64,000 bases of DNA from Alphaproteobacteria bacterium (GTDB lineage Bacteria; Pseudomonadota; Alphaproteobacteria; GCA-2731375), in the NCBI GenBank assembly GCA_965232515.1, contig CBDDPY010000002.1, positions 32,001 through 96,000 of the forward strand, in the 5' to 3' direction. The notes beneath the pieces were generated by a model that saw nothing but the letters and a program-made list of their open reading frames with translations, was not told the origin of the DNA and made no database searches. The translations under genes and the position numbers were made by a program. Every line of letters starts with the position of its first letter. The stretch's first letter is position 1. Shown piece by piece: positions 48,834 to 58,720 of this stretch.

Positions 48834-49724
48834 ATGAACGACATCGACTGGCACCACCACTTCGCCGAAGTCAACGGCATCGCCATGCACTATGTGCGGC
48901 ATGGGCAGGGCATGCCGATCGTGCTGCTGCACGGCTGGCCGGAATTCTGGTTCACCTGGCACAAGGTGATCCCGACGCTCGCGCGCTCGTTCCAAGTCAT
49001 CGCGCCCGACCTGCGCGGGTTCGGCCAGAGCGACAAGCCGCCAGGCGCGGCGCTGGAGGCCTATACGCTCGACCACCATGTCGACGACCTGGCCGCGCTC
49101 GCGGATGCGCTCGACCTCGATCGGTTCGGCATCGTCAGCCACGACGTCGGCGCCATGGTTGCTCAGGGCTATGCACGTCGGGCGCCGGAGCGCCTTGCCG
49201 GCCTGTTCTTCTTCAACCTGCCCTATGCCGGCGTCGGCGGCCGCTGGTCCGAGCCTGAGCACCTGAACGAGGTCTGGTACCAGGGCTTCAACCAACAGTC
49301 CTGGGCCGCCGATCTGATCGGCGCCAGCCGCGAAAACATCCGCATCTATTTCGGCAACATGCTGGCGCACTGGGCGCACGATCCGCACGCCTTCGATGAC
49401 GATCTCGAGATCTGGGTCGACAATTTCGCCGCGCCCGGCAACCTGCAGGGCGGCTTCAACTGGTACAGTGCCATCTTCCCGCAGCGCCTTGCCATCATGC
49501 GCGGCGATCTGCCGCCGCAGCCGCCGATCGCGGTGCCCACCAAGGTTCGCTGGGGCCGGTACGATCCGGTGATGCGCATCGACTTCGCCGACAGGCTGCC
49601 GGACTACTTCACCGACCTCGACTTCGCGCCGGCGCCGGAGGCCGGCCATTTCGTCCAGTACGAGCGCCCGGCCTACGCCGCCGCCGAGATCACCACATTC
49701 TTCGAGGCCTTAAGGGCGGACTGA
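48834..49724 (+). CDS. Alpha/beta hydrolase (epoxide hydrolase / haloacetate dehalogenase type)
   Basis: HGWPE, APDLRGFG, SHDVG (Asp nucleophile) and AGHF motifs. Confidence 0.92.
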   Translation: MNDIDWHHHFAEVNGIAMHYVRHGQGMPIVLLHGWPEFWFTWHKVIPTLARSFQVIAPDLRGFGQSDKPPGAALEAYTLDHHVDDLAALADALDLDRFGIVSHDVGAMVAQGYARRAPERLAGLFFFNLPYAGVGGRWSEPEHLNEVWYQGFNQQSWAADLIGASRENIRIYFGNMLAHWAHDPHAFDDDLEIWVDNFAAPGNLQGGFNWYSAIFPQRLAIMRGDLPPQPPIAVPTKVRWGRYDPVMRIDFADRLPDYFTDLDFAPAPEAGHFVQYERPAYAAAEITTFFEALRAD

Positions 49725-50600
49725 CCGGCGCCGGCGGGCCCAGCCCAGGCTGACAAGGCCGGCGCTCAGCAGCGTCAGCGTGCCGGGCTCCGGCACGTCA
49801 ATTCCGAGATCGGTCTGCCCGAACCGGTTGTCGACGATGCCGGCGTCGGCCGAGTTGACCGTGATGCCGTCGGCGTTCGGCCCCAGGATCGTGAACACGT
49901 CGCCGGTCGTCGTCAGGCTCATCGTATCGCCGAACAGGATGCGCGGATCGTCAAGCTGGTAGCCCTGAATGGTGTTGAGCCGCATGAACATGGTCACCGG
50001 CACGTTCACCGGCACGTTCAGGATACCGGTTGAGATGGATTGCGTGGCGCCGTTCGCCGTGAAACCGCTCAGCATGCCGTCGCGGAAAGGCGATCCGGAA
50101 GTCGGGTCGTTGTTTTCGCTGTAGCTGCCGGAGGAGAAGTTCGACGGCAGCCCGGCCCTGACCTGAAGGGTCGAGAAGAGCGGTCCGGGATCGATGGACC
50201 CGCTCAGGTCCAGGTTCATGACGACGTCGATCGGACTGTTGCCTGCGGAGCCGAAAACGACGTCGAAGGTGAACGATGCGAAGACTTCCTGGCGCTGCGG
50301 CGCGAACTGACCGTTGTTGAAGGCGCGGGCGGCGATGCCGATCGAGCCGGCGTTCACGTTCGCGCGCACCTCGCCGAAATTCCTGTCCAGGAAGTGGACG
50401 CTCTGAAACGCGAAGTCGTAGTCGATGGGCGTGCCTTGCGGTCCGACATTGCCGCCCGGCGCATGCACCGTGGAATTGAACGTGTCCCGGAAATGGTCGA
50501 GTTCGTAAATCGGCGCCGCCCTGGCAAACGACGACGAGAGCGCGATCGCCGCGAAGGCGGCCGCGCCGACATATGTAAGCTTGCGAATTTCCTGACCCAT
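49710..50600 (-). CDS. PEP-CTERM sorting domain protein
   Basis: Signal peptide; C-terminal VPEPGTLTLLSAGLVSLGWARRRR. Confidence 0.9.
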   Translation of the reverse strand: MGQEIRKLTYVGAAAFAAIALSSSFARAAPIYELDHFRDTFNSTVHAPGGNVGPQGTPIDYDFAFQSVHFLDRNFGEVRANVNAGSIGIAARAFNNGQFAPQRQEVFASFTFDVVFGSAGNSPIDVVMNLDLSGSIDPGPLFSTLQVRAGLPSNFSSGSYSENNDPTSGSPFRDGMLSGFTANGATQSISTGILNVPVNVPVTMFMRLNTIQGYQLDDPRILFGDTMSLTTTGDVFTILGPNADGITVNSADAGIVDNRFGQTDLGIDVPEPGTLTLLSAGLVSLGWARRRRSVRP

Positions 50601-50919
50601 GACTGACTCCCTGCGACGGCAGCGGCGTTGCCGCCTGCTCGTCTTTGTGAACTTACGTCCATTTTAAGGAGATCGATCGCCGGTCAAATATTAAATGAAA
50701 ATGGATTTGAGTTTTACTATCGAGATATTGATTAATATTACTCAATTTTTAAGTATTCATAATCCAGGCGGTCTCGGCGTTGTTTGTCGGCGGCGGAACG
50801 GCGCGCCGCCGCGTTTCCCTCGAGCGCCATCAATTGCTAGGATTTTGCCGTTAGGAACGACGCAGGGGTTTCAGACCACGTCATCGCCCTCCGCCGGGGG
50901 CAAACGGAGGCACGGTAGT

Positions 50920-52830
50920 TTGAGCGTTTGTCGTTTGCGTTCGGCGGCACGGCGGTTTGCCGCCATGGCTTTCTTCTGCGCTGGTCTGATGTCGGCCGGA
51001 TCCGAGGCGGCGGTTGCGGCTGCCCCCGTGGCGTTCGCCTCCGATACGGCCGTCGTATCGCTCGGGCCGCATATCGAACTCTTGCAAGACAAATCGGGCC
51101 GCCTGAGCCTGGCGGAGGTCAGGGAAGGACCCGCCGCCGAACGCTTCCGGCCGATGGCGGCCGAACGTCTGCGTCTCGGCGCCGGCTTCGCCAGCCATTG
51201 GCTGCGGTTTACGATCGAGGGTGCGGCTGCCGGTGCCGGCCGTTGGCTGATCGAGGCGGGGCCCTCGAAGCTCGACCATGTCGACGCCTATTTCATCGCT
51301 TCGGACGGGTCGGTCGTCCGGCAGCAAAGCGGCGACATGCGCGCCTTCGCCGGACGGCCGGTAGCGCACCGCCTGATCGTGTTCCGTCCGCCGCCGTCGC
51401 CGGACGGCCGCCTGGATGTCTTTATCCGCATCGCCAACGCGGCGCCGGGCGGCCTGCAGCCACGGCTCTGGCGCGCCGATGCCTTCTTCGCCGCCGACGC
51501 CGCCCGGCGCACCGCGCACGGGCTCTATTTCGGCCTGTTGATCGCGGCGGGCCTCTATGCCGCCTTCGTCTACCTCTCGCTGCGCGACCCGACCTACCGC
51601 TGGTACGCGCTTTATGTGCTGTCGATCGGCCTGCTGATCTTCGTCCTGCACGGTTACGGTGCGCAGTTTCTGTGGCCGACACTGACGGACATGGGCAACC
51701 TCCCGATCCGGCTGCTGCTGAACGCGGCGCTGCTGCTGCCGACGCCGTTCCTGCGCAGTTACTTGCGCGTCTGGGAGTTCGCGCCGCGCCTCGATCGCGT
51801 GATGCGATGGCACATTGCCGTCGGACTCGTCTTGTTCGTGGCGATTCCCTGGCTATCGCACGGACACGGTTCCCTGCTTGTCATTGGCCATGGTCTCTTG
51901 ATGCAGGTGACGTCGGCGCTCGTCATCGTGACCGCGTTCCGGCATCGGCGCCGGCAGGCAGCGTTCATGGCCGTCGCCACCGCGTTGTGGCTGCCCGGCA
52001 TGACGCTGTTGGGCCTGCGCGCGTTCGGCATTGTCGCGGATCGGCCCGCCATCGATTTCGGGCCGGAGCTGTTCACCGGCCTCGAGACCATTTTATTCGC
52101 CTTCGCGCTCGCCGACCGGGTGCGCGGCATCGACGCGGCGCGGCGTCGGGCGGAACGGAGCGCCGCCGAGGCGCGCGGCCGTTTTTCGCAGCGCCTGATC
52201 GAATCCGTGGAGCAGGAACGCCGTCGTATCGCCGGCGCGCTGCACGACTCGCTGGGCCAGAAGCTGGCCCTGCTCCGCATGCGCCTCGCGCCGCCACCGC
52301 GCGCGGTCGCGCTGGCCGACGGTATGGCCGCTGCGCCAAGGCACGGCGACGAGCTGGCTCAACTGGCCGACGCTGCGGCGACCGAGGTGCGCGATATCGC
52401 TCGGGATCTGCACCCCTATCAGATCGAGATGCTGGGTCTGTCGGGCGCCATCGAGGTCATGGCCCGCGAGGCCCTGGATCTCGCTGGCATCGCGGCCGAC
52501 ATCGAGGTCGCGCCGGCCGATGACCTGCTGCCGCGCGATGCGCGCACGCACCTTTATCGCATCGCGCAGGAAGCCGTGACCAACGTCGTCCGTTATGCCG
52601 GCGCCGGTCAGTGCCGTGTCGCGCTCGGTTGCGATAGCGCGGGCCTGCGCCTCGAAATCAGTGACGATGGCTGCGGCTTCGACAGGGTTGCCGGCGGGTC
52701 CGGCGGCTTCGGCCTGACCGGCATGGCCGAGCGGACGCGGCTCCTGGACGGCCGGCTCGACATCGCCTCGCGGCCGGGTGAGGGCACCCGCATCGTCGTG
52801 ACGCTGCCGTTCGATGGAGGCGATGCATGA
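50920..52830 (+). CDS. Sensor histidine kinase, 7TMR-DISM input plus HisKA_3/HATPase
   Basis: DISMED2-like HWLRF and LDHVDAY; 7TM block; ERRRIAGALHDSLGQ and DDGCGF; TTG start after GGAGG (alternative ATG at 50965). Confidence 0.88.
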   Translation: MSVCRLRSAARRFAAMAFFCAGLMSAGSEAAVAAAPVAFASDTAVVSLGPHIELLQDKSGRLSLAEVREGPAAERFRPMAAERLRLGAGFASHWLRFTIEGAAAGAGRWLIEAGPSKLDHVDAYFIASDGSVVRQQSGDMRAFAGRPVAHRLIVFRPPPSPDGRLDVFIRIANAAPGGLQPRLWRADAFFAADAARRTAHGLYFGLLIAAGLYAAFVYLSLRDPTYRWYALYVLSIGLLIFVLHGYGAQFLWPTLTDMGNLPIRLLLNAALLLPTPFLRSYLRVWEFAPRLDRVMRWHIAVGLVLFVAIPWLSHGHGSLLVIGHGLLMQVTSALVIVTAFRHRRRQAAFMAVATALWLPGMTLLGLRAFGIVADRPAIDFGPELFTGLETILFAFALADRVRGIDAARRRAERSAAEARGRFSQRLIESVEQERRRIAGALHDSLGQKLALLRMRLAPPPRAVALADGMAAAPRHGDELAQLADAAATEVRDIARDLHPYQIEMLGLSGAIEVMAREALDLAGIAADIEVAPADDLLPRDARTHLYRIAQEAVTNVVRYAGAGQCRVALGCDSAGLRLEISDDGCGFDRVAGGSGGFGLTGMAERTRLLDGRLDIASRPGEGTRIVVTLPFDGGDA

Positions 52831-53465
52831 CCCGGATTGTCGTCGCTGATGATCACCCGCTGCTGCGGCGCGGCCTGCTCAGCGCGCTGGAAGCCCTCGA
52901 CGGCGTCACCGTGGTCGCCGAGGCCGGCGACGGGGAGGCGGCGATGCGGGCGATTGCTCAGGAACGCCCCGATATCGCCGTCCTCGACATCGCCATGCCG
53001 AACGGCAACGGCCTCGATGTCGCGGCCTGGGTCAAGGCCAACGCGCCGTCGGTGGCGCTGGTGCTGATCACCAACTATCCCGACGCCGCCTTCGTCGAAC
53101 GCGCCATCGAGCTTGGCGTTTGCGGCTATCTCTTGAAAACCAGCGCCATCGAGGAACTGCCGCATTGCCTGGCTGCGGCCGAGAACAATGGCCGTTACCT
53201 GAGTCCCGCCTTCGTCACCGCGGCGCCGGCTGCGCCGCCAGTGCTCGACGACGCCGATACGGCGTTGCTGGCGCGGCTGACCAAGACCCAGCGCGAGGTG
53301 TTGAAGCATCTCGCCGCCTACAAGACCAGCAAGGAGATCGCCCGCGCCATGGGCGTCAGCTTCCGTACGGTTCAGAATCACCGCGCCCGGATCGCCCGGT
53401 CGCTCGGCTTCGAGGGCAAGCACCGCGTGCTCGAATTCGCCGTCCGCAACGCCGACCGCCTTTAG
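52827..53465 (+). CDS. NarL/LuxR-family response regulator
   Basis: ADDH, LDIAMP and GYLLK motifs; HTH SKEIA...RTVQNHR; ATGA overlap with the kinase. Confidence 0.94.
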   Translation: MTRIVVADDHPLLRRGLLSALEALDGVTVVAEAGDGEAAMRAIAQERPDIAVLDIAMPNGNGLDVAAWVKANAPSVALVLITNYPDAAFVERAIELGVCGYLLKTSAIEELPHCLAAAENNGRYLSPAFVTAAPAAPPVLDDADTALLARLTKTQREVLKHLAAYKTSKEIARAMGVSFRTVQNHRARIARSLGFEGKHRVLEFAVRNADRL

Positions 53466-53563
53466 CCGCCGGCGATGCTTCGGCTGGACATTGCCGTCAC
53501 GGCTTGCGCATATGGAGTGGGTCTTTGCAGCCGAAGATGCCGGGAAGGGGTCTGTCCGCGTTC

Positions 53564-54013
53564 ATGTCGAAATCGACGCAACTGGTCACCGCCTGCTATA
53601 TCGCCGCCTTTGTCGGCTCGCGCTATCCGAAGCGGGTGAACAGCGAGCGCATCGCCGAGGTCGTGCAGGTGCATCCGACGCGCGTGCGCCGCATCGTCTC
53701 CAAGCTGGTCAAGGCGGGCGTCCTGGTCTCGCAGCGCGGCGGCCACGGCGGCGTCGCGCTCGCCCGCGACGCGACCGAGATCACGCTCGGGCAGATCTAC
53801 GAGGCGGTGCAGGAGGGCACGGTCCTGTCGCTCGGCATGCACGATCCCTTCGCCGAGTGGAAGGATCACTGCTTCGTGCACGCGACCTTCGAGCGTCTGC
53901 ACGACGAGCTGGAGGAGAAGGTCCGCGCCGATCTCGCCGGCACCCGGCTGAGCGACGTCTTCAAGCCCTGGGACGGCGGCAAACGCCACGCGCCGGCGCA
54001 GGCCGCGGAGTAG
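53564..54013 (+). CDS. Rrf2-family transcriptional regulator (no Fe-S Cys triad)
   Basis: S.RGG.GG..LAR...EITL..IY.AV motif; only two Cys. Confidence 0.9.
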   Translation: MSKSTQLVTACYIAAFVGSRYPKRVNSERIAEVVQVHPTRVRRIVSKLVKAGVLVSQRGGHGGVALARDATEITLGQIYEAVQEGTVLSLGMHDPFAEWKDHCFVHATFERLHDELEEKVRADLAGTRLSDVFKPWDGGKRHAPAQAAE

Positions 54014-54040
54014 GAACGGCTTGTCTGCGCGCAACAGTTA

Positions 54041-54065
54041 TGTGATTGTTACGGCTACAAACACA
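54041..54065. promoter_or_regulatory. Candidate Rrf2 operator
   Basis: TGTGATTGT-N7-ACAAACACA (8/9 inverted repeat) in an AT-rich patch upstream of 54122. Confidence 0.5.
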
Positions 54066-54121
54066 GAAATAAGCGGCTCTGGTCGCCTCGCGATCCGGAG
54101 CTGGGGGCTTCGGGGGTCGCC

Positions 54122-54880
54122 ATGTCTAGTACAACCGCAACCGAACTGAACGCACCGCGCGGCCGTTCGATCGAGGATCGCATCCGCATCGCCATCTGGT
54201 CGGTATTCGCCGCCCTGCTGGTCTTCTACGCCGTCATGGCCTTCGAGTATTTCTTCGCGCTGATCGGCGGGCGGCAGGAATGGTGGAACCTGTTCCAGGC
54301 CTGGGTCGTGTCGGACGCCTATTCCTTCGGCGACGGCTCGGTCTACAAGGAACAGCACGCGTCCTACAGCTTCAACGCCTATTTCCTGTTCGTGCATACG
54401 ACGCTGGGCGCGGTGGCGCTCGCCATCGGCCCGTTCATGTTCCTGCGCTATATCCGCCGGCATTACCTCAACCTGCACCGCACGCTGGGCAAGGTCTATC
54501 TGTTCTCGGTCTGGCTCTCCATGACCTCCGGCCTGCTGCATCTCGGCACCGTCTCGCTCTGGGACGTGTTCAGCGGCGCCGCCTTCGGCGTCGGGCTCTG
54601 GGGCCTCGATCTGCTGGTGATCCTGACGTCGGTGCTGGCCTACACCGCGATCCGGCGCAAGGACGTGCGCACGCACCAGGCCTGGATGGCCTTCAACTAT
54701 GCGCTGATCGTGGCGACGCCGATGCTGCGCGTGTTCTGGCTGGTGTTCGGCCTGGCGACGCCGGACCTCACGCAATGGACCATCAACGCCGGCGTCACCA
54801 CGTATCTGCTGCCGTTCTGCCTGTTCTTCGGCATGGCCTGGTATTCGTTCGAATACATGCGCGACAGGCGGACCGGATGA
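54122..54880 (+). CDS. DUF2306-like membrane protein
   Basis: FVH, LHRTLGKVY and AIRRKDVRTHQAWM motifs; multiple TM segments. Confidence 0.8.
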   Translation: MSSTTATELNAPRGRSIEDRIRIAIWSVFAALLVFYAVMAFEYFFALIGGRQEWWNLFQAWVVSDAYSFGDGSVYKEQHASYSFNAYFLFVHTTLGAVALAIGPFMFLRYIRRHYLNLHRTLGKVYLFSVWLSMTSGLLHLGTVSLWDVFSGAAFGVGLWGLDLLVILTSVLAYTAIRRKDVRTHQAWMAFNYALIVATPMLRVFWLVFGLATPDLTQWTINAGVTTYLLPFCLFFGMAWYSFEYMRDRRTG

Positions 54881-55575
54881 GCGTCGTGTCCGCCCCGTCA
54901 TCGACCGTGGCCGCGCCGGCCGGACTGCAGCTCGCGCTGCGCGGCATCGCCGCCGCGGCGTTGGTCGTCGCCCTGTTCGTCGCCAACCACTTTCTGCTGC
55001 GCTTCCTGATCCCGAGCGATCTCTTCGTCGCCGTCACGCCGGCCGAGGTCGCCGCGAACGACGCGGCTGCATTCGCGGCGCACTGGCCCTGGTTCTTGGC
55101 TCTCGTCGCGGCAACGGCCGCGGCCTGCGGGCTCGCGGCGCCGGCGCTGCGCGCGGTCTGGGGCGTCAAGGTTCTGGCGGGCCTGCCGCGCGCTGTCGCG
55201 GCGTTTCTCGCCGCCTGCGCGCTCACGGCCGTCGCCAGCTTCATCGTCAGCCTGTGCCTCGGCGCCGGCACTACGGGCGGTAGCGATCAGATCTTCTTCT
55301 GGGGCGGGCTCGCCTTCGTCTGGCTCGGCTTCGTCGCCATGGCCGCCATCGCCGTCCGCTACCGCGACGGCGCCCAGCTCTTCGACTGGCTGTTGCACAA
55401 CACCGGCCTGGTGCTGCTGCCGCTCACGGTCTATCCGCAGGTGCCGTTCTGGATGGCCTTCGAGTTTTCGTTGTCGGAAGCGCTGATGACCGGGTTCACG
55501 CTCGCCGCCACCGGCAACATTTTCGTCAGCTATTTCCTGGCCCTGCGGCTGCGCGCCGCCGGCCGGCGCGGCTAG
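54877..55575 (+). CDS. Hypothetical membrane protein
   Basis: ATGA overlap with the previous gene; about 6 hydrophobic segments; genome-like codon use. Confidence 0.75.
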   Translation: MSVVSAPSSTVAAPAGLQLALRGIAAAALVVALFVANHFLLRFLIPSDLFVAVTPAEVAANDAAAFAAHWPWFLALVAATAAACGLAAPALRAVWGVKVLAGLPRAVAAFLAACALTAVASFIVSLCLGAGTTGGSDQIFFWGGLAFVWLGFVAMAAIAVRYRDGAQLFDWLLHNTGLVLLPLTVYPQVPFWMAFEFSLSEALMTGFTLAATGNIFVSYFLALRLRAAGRRG

Positions 55576-55587
55576 GGGCGGCGGCCC

Positions 55588-55674
55588 GTGCGCGTGCCGC
55601 TCGGCCTCGACTGGTGGATCTGGCTGGCGATCGCCATCACCTGCGTCGGCCTGGTCTACGCGTTTCTCAGGTAA
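55588..55674 (+). CDS. Putative 28-aa single-TM small protein
   Basis: GTG..TAA: MRVPLGLDWWIWLAIAITCVGLVYAFLR; nearly all codons end in G/C; starts 12 nt after the previous stop. Confidence 0.5.
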   Translation: MRVPLGLDWWIWLAIAITCVGLVYAFLR

Positions 55675-56131
55675 GCGGCTTTTCCATGCGGAAGTTGCGC
55701 AGGCGCTGATCGCCGCGGCTGACGGTCTGCGCCTCGATTACCCGATAGCCGTGGCGTTCGAACACCGGCCGCGCCGTGAGGCTGGCCTCGGTACGGAGCC
55801 GCGTCAGACCGGCGGCACGCGCTTGCACCTCGGCCCGTTCGAGCAACGCCCTGGCGATGCCTTGGCCCTGGTGGTGTTTATGGACGAACAGCATGCGCAC
55901 CATGCCGTCGGCCTCCAGCTCGCAGAACCCGGCGACGGCGCCATCGCGCTCGGCCACGGTCCATTTGCTTTTTGCGAGCCGCGCGGCCCACGGCGCGGCC
56001 GGGATCTCGTCCGGCGCCCAGGCCGCCACCTGTTCGGCCGTGTAGTCGCGCAAATTCACGTTCCGTATGGTGTCGCGGTAGAGCGCGATCAGCGCCTCGG
56101 CGTCTTCGGGCCGGCCGTCGCGCAGCTTCAT
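55667..56131 (-). CDS. GNAT acetyltransferase (YafP-like)
   Basis: DYTAEQVAAWA, HQGQGIA and ASLTARPVFE motifs. Confidence 0.92.
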   Translation of the reverse strand: MKLRDGRPEDAEALIALYRDTIRNVNLRDYTAEQVAAWAPDEIPAAPWAARLAKSKWTVAERDGAVAGFCELEADGMVRMLFVHKHHQGQGIARALLERAEVQARAAGLTRLRTEASLTARPVFERHGYRVIEAQTVSRGDQRLRNFRMEKPLT

Positions 56132-56249
56132 GCGTCCACCGGCCAGTGTCGGGTGCCCTTGCCGGGCGTCACGAAGCTTCGTCGGTCGACCCGCATGTCG
56201 ACGTGCCTCCACGCGATTTTGCGTGGGGGTTATAGCAGCGATTTGAAAT

Positions 56250-56825
56250 TCAGGCGCGGGGCGAAAGCAGCAGATCGGCCGCGCTGTTGGCGGTCTCCGA
56301 GACCGGCGGTCGGGACGGTCGCCGCATGACCGGCTCCCGGCGGCGTTCGGGCTCGGCTTCGACCTCGGCATCTTCCGACAGGCTCCAGAGGAGCTGTCCC
56401 ACCGCCGCCCCGGCCAGCGACCAGATCACGGCGTGCAGCACGACGGCCTCCAACGACATGCCGCCGCGCCCGAGACTGTCGGCCGCCATGACGAACAGAC
56501 CGACCGGCCAGCCCCAGCCGACGACGCCGTCGATCAGGACCACCCGCGCATAGCCATGTTGCGCCATCTCCCGCGCCACCGTTTGCCGGAACAGGCTCGT
56601 CGCTTCCGGGCGTCCGCCATACATCCACCAGGCCAGGTGGACCGCGGCGAAGGCCGCGATCAGCGCGACGACCTGCGCCGACAGCGTCGAGGCCGTCTGG
56701 AACGGCAGCAGCCATAGCAAGACGATCGCCAGCAGCACGACGGCGTATGTCGCGGTAATACGCTGTCGGGACCCTGAGCTCGCGGTTTGGGAATCATCCT
56801 GTCGCTTGCGCTGCCGTCGCCACAT
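56250..56825 (-). CDS. Hypothetical membrane protein
   Basis: GGAGG RBS; about 4 hydrophobic segments. Confidence 0.65.
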   Translation of the reverse strand: MWRRQRKRQDDSQTASSGSRQRITATYAVVLLAIVLLWLLPFQTASTLSAQVVALIAAFAAVHLAWWMYGGRPEATSLFRQTVAREMAQHGYARVVLIDGVVGWGWPVGLFVMAADSLGRGGMSLEAVVLHAVIWSLAGAAVGQLLWSLSEDAEVEAEPERRREPVMRRPSRPPVSETANSAADLLLSPRA

Positions 56826-56952
56826 CGGTTGCCCGCCTCCGAGTGCTGCTTGGGCGTCGACATATACCCCTGCCGCGGCGGCATGCGCGTGTCAATAGAA
56901 TGAGCGATCTGTGGACGCTAAATCGCCGTGCGAAACGCGATTCGACAAGGGA

Positions 56953-58560
56953 TCAAGCCGCGCGCACCAGCTCGGCGGCCTTCTCCCCGATCATGATACA
57001 GGCGGCGTTGGTGTTGCCCGACGGCATGGTCGGCATGATCGAGGCGTCGGCGATGCGCAGGCCCTCCAGCCCATGCACCTTCAACCGGTCGTCGACCACG
57101 CAATCCTGGCCCGGCCCCATCCGGCAGGTGCCGATGGGATGGAAGGCGGTCTCGCAATAGCCGCGGATCCAGTCCAGGATCTCGTCGTCGCTCTCCACGT
57201 CGACGCCGGGGCTGTGCTCGGGCCCGCGGATATCGTCCATGGCCTTGGCGTTGCCGATCCGGCGGCAGATCCGCATGCCGGCGACCATCACCTGTTGGTC
57301 GATAGGATCGGTCAGGAAGTTGAACCGGATCGCCGGCTGCGCCGTCGGGTCGGCGTCGCGGATATGGATCGAGCCCAGGCTCTCCGGCCGCAGTTGATAG
57401 CTGGCAAGCGTGAAACTCGGGAACTCGTGCAGCTTGCGCCGCTTCATGTCCTTGATGGCGTACGGCACGATGTGCAGTTGGATGTCCGGCGTGTCCAGTT
57501 CGTCCCGACTCTTCAGGAACGCCAGCATCGGCGCCGATGGTAGGCTCAGGAAACCGGTGCCGGACGTGAGGTACCGGATCGCCTGGCCGACCGCGCCGAA
57601 GCCGCGGGCGCAGTGGTTGTAGGACAGGCGCTGCGTCAGTTTCCACTGCACGCGCGCGATGATGTGGTCGCGCAGATGCTCGCCGACGCCCGGCATCTCG
57701 TGCACCACATCGATGCCGTGCTGCTTCAGCAGTTCCGGCTGGCCGACGCCCGACAATTCGAGGATCTGTGGCGTGGCGACGGCGCCGGCGCAGAGGATGA
57801 CTTCCTTGCCGCAATGCGCTTCCGCCGTCTGGCCGTGGCGCGCGTAGGCGACGCCGGTGCAGCGCTTGCCGTCGAACAGCAGCCGCTCGGTATGCGCTTC
57901 CGTGATGACCTCCAGGTTGCTGCGCCCCATGGCCGGGCGCAGATAGCAATAGGCCGTGCTCATGCGCCGGCCGTTGCGGATCGTCGCCTGGGTGCGGACG
58001 ACGCCCTCCTGGTCGGCGCCGTTATAGTCCGCATTGCGCTTGAAGCCACATTCGTCCGCTGCCGCGAACAGCGCGTCGTAGAGCGGGTTCTGGTCGCTCA
58101 CCTCGGTGACATGCAGCGGCCCGTCGCCGCCCCGGATCTCGCCGTCCGCCTTCTCGTAGTTCTCGAAGCGTTTGAAGATCGGCGCCACGTCGGCCCAACC
58201 CCAGCCGCGGTTGCCGAACTGCGCCCAGCTGTCGTAGTCCAGCGGCTGGCCGCGCACATAGACCATGCCGTTGATGGCGGACGAGCCGCCCAGCAGCTTG
58301 CCGCGCGGCACCGAGATCTCGCGTCCGCCCGTGAAGTCCTCGGGATCGGACCGATAGCGCCAGTTGGCACTCGCGTCGTCGATCAGCAGGCCGAAGCTCA
58401 TCGGCATGCGGGAATAGGGGTGGGACGCCTTGCCGGCCTCGATCAGCAGCACGCGAATGCCCGGATTTTCCGTCAGGCGGTGCGCCAGCACCGAGCCGGC
58501 CGAGCCCGCGCCGACAATGATGTAGTCATACCGAATTTCCGCCCCGTTGCCCGTCGCCAT
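56953..58560 (-). CDS. GMC oxidoreductase (choline dehydrogenase-like)
   Basis: YDYIIVGAGSAG, GGSSAINGM, HPIGTCRMG and SGNTNA motifs. Confidence 0.95.
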   Translation of the reverse strand: MATGNGAEIRYDYIIVGAGSAGSVLAHRLTENPGIRVLLIEAGKASHPYSRMPMSFGLLIDDASANWRYRSDPEDFTGGREISVPRGKLLGGSSAINGMVYVRGQPLDYDSWAQFGNRGWGWADVAPIFKRFENYEKADGEIRGGDGPLHVTEVSDQNPLYDALFAAADECGFKRNADYNGADQEGVVRTQATIRNGRRMSTAYCYLRPAMGRSNLEVITEAHTERLLFDGKRCTGVAYARHGQTAEAHCGKEVILCAGAVATPQILELSGVGQPELLKQHGIDVVHEMPGVGEHLRDHIIARVQWKLTQRLSYNHCARGFGAVGQAIRYLTSGTGFLSLPSAPMLAFLKSRDELDTPDIQLHIVPYAIKDMKRRKLHEFPSFTLASYQLRPESLGSIHIRDADPTAQPAIRFNFLTDPIDQQVMVAGMRICRRIGNAKAMDDIRGPEHSPGVDVESDDEILDWIRGYCETAFHPIGTCRMGPGQDCVVDDRLKVHGLEGLRIADASIMPTMPSGNTNAACIMIGEKAAELVRAA

Positions 58561-58720
58561 GTCGTTTCCCAAGTTCCCGCTGTTATGGTTGTCGTCACGT
58601 CATTATAGCGAATTCATCGCACGGCCAAGGACGCGGCGGACATGGACAGCCCGCCACGGAGCCGGGATAATTTCGGCGCGAAACAAAACTCAAGACATCA
58701 GCGCCACCCGGAGACGCCCC

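Noticed and set aside
50695-50919. N-terminal 75 aa of the kinase ORF
   Set aside because: This lies in the AT-rich promoter region. A GGAGG RBS supports a later start at 50920.
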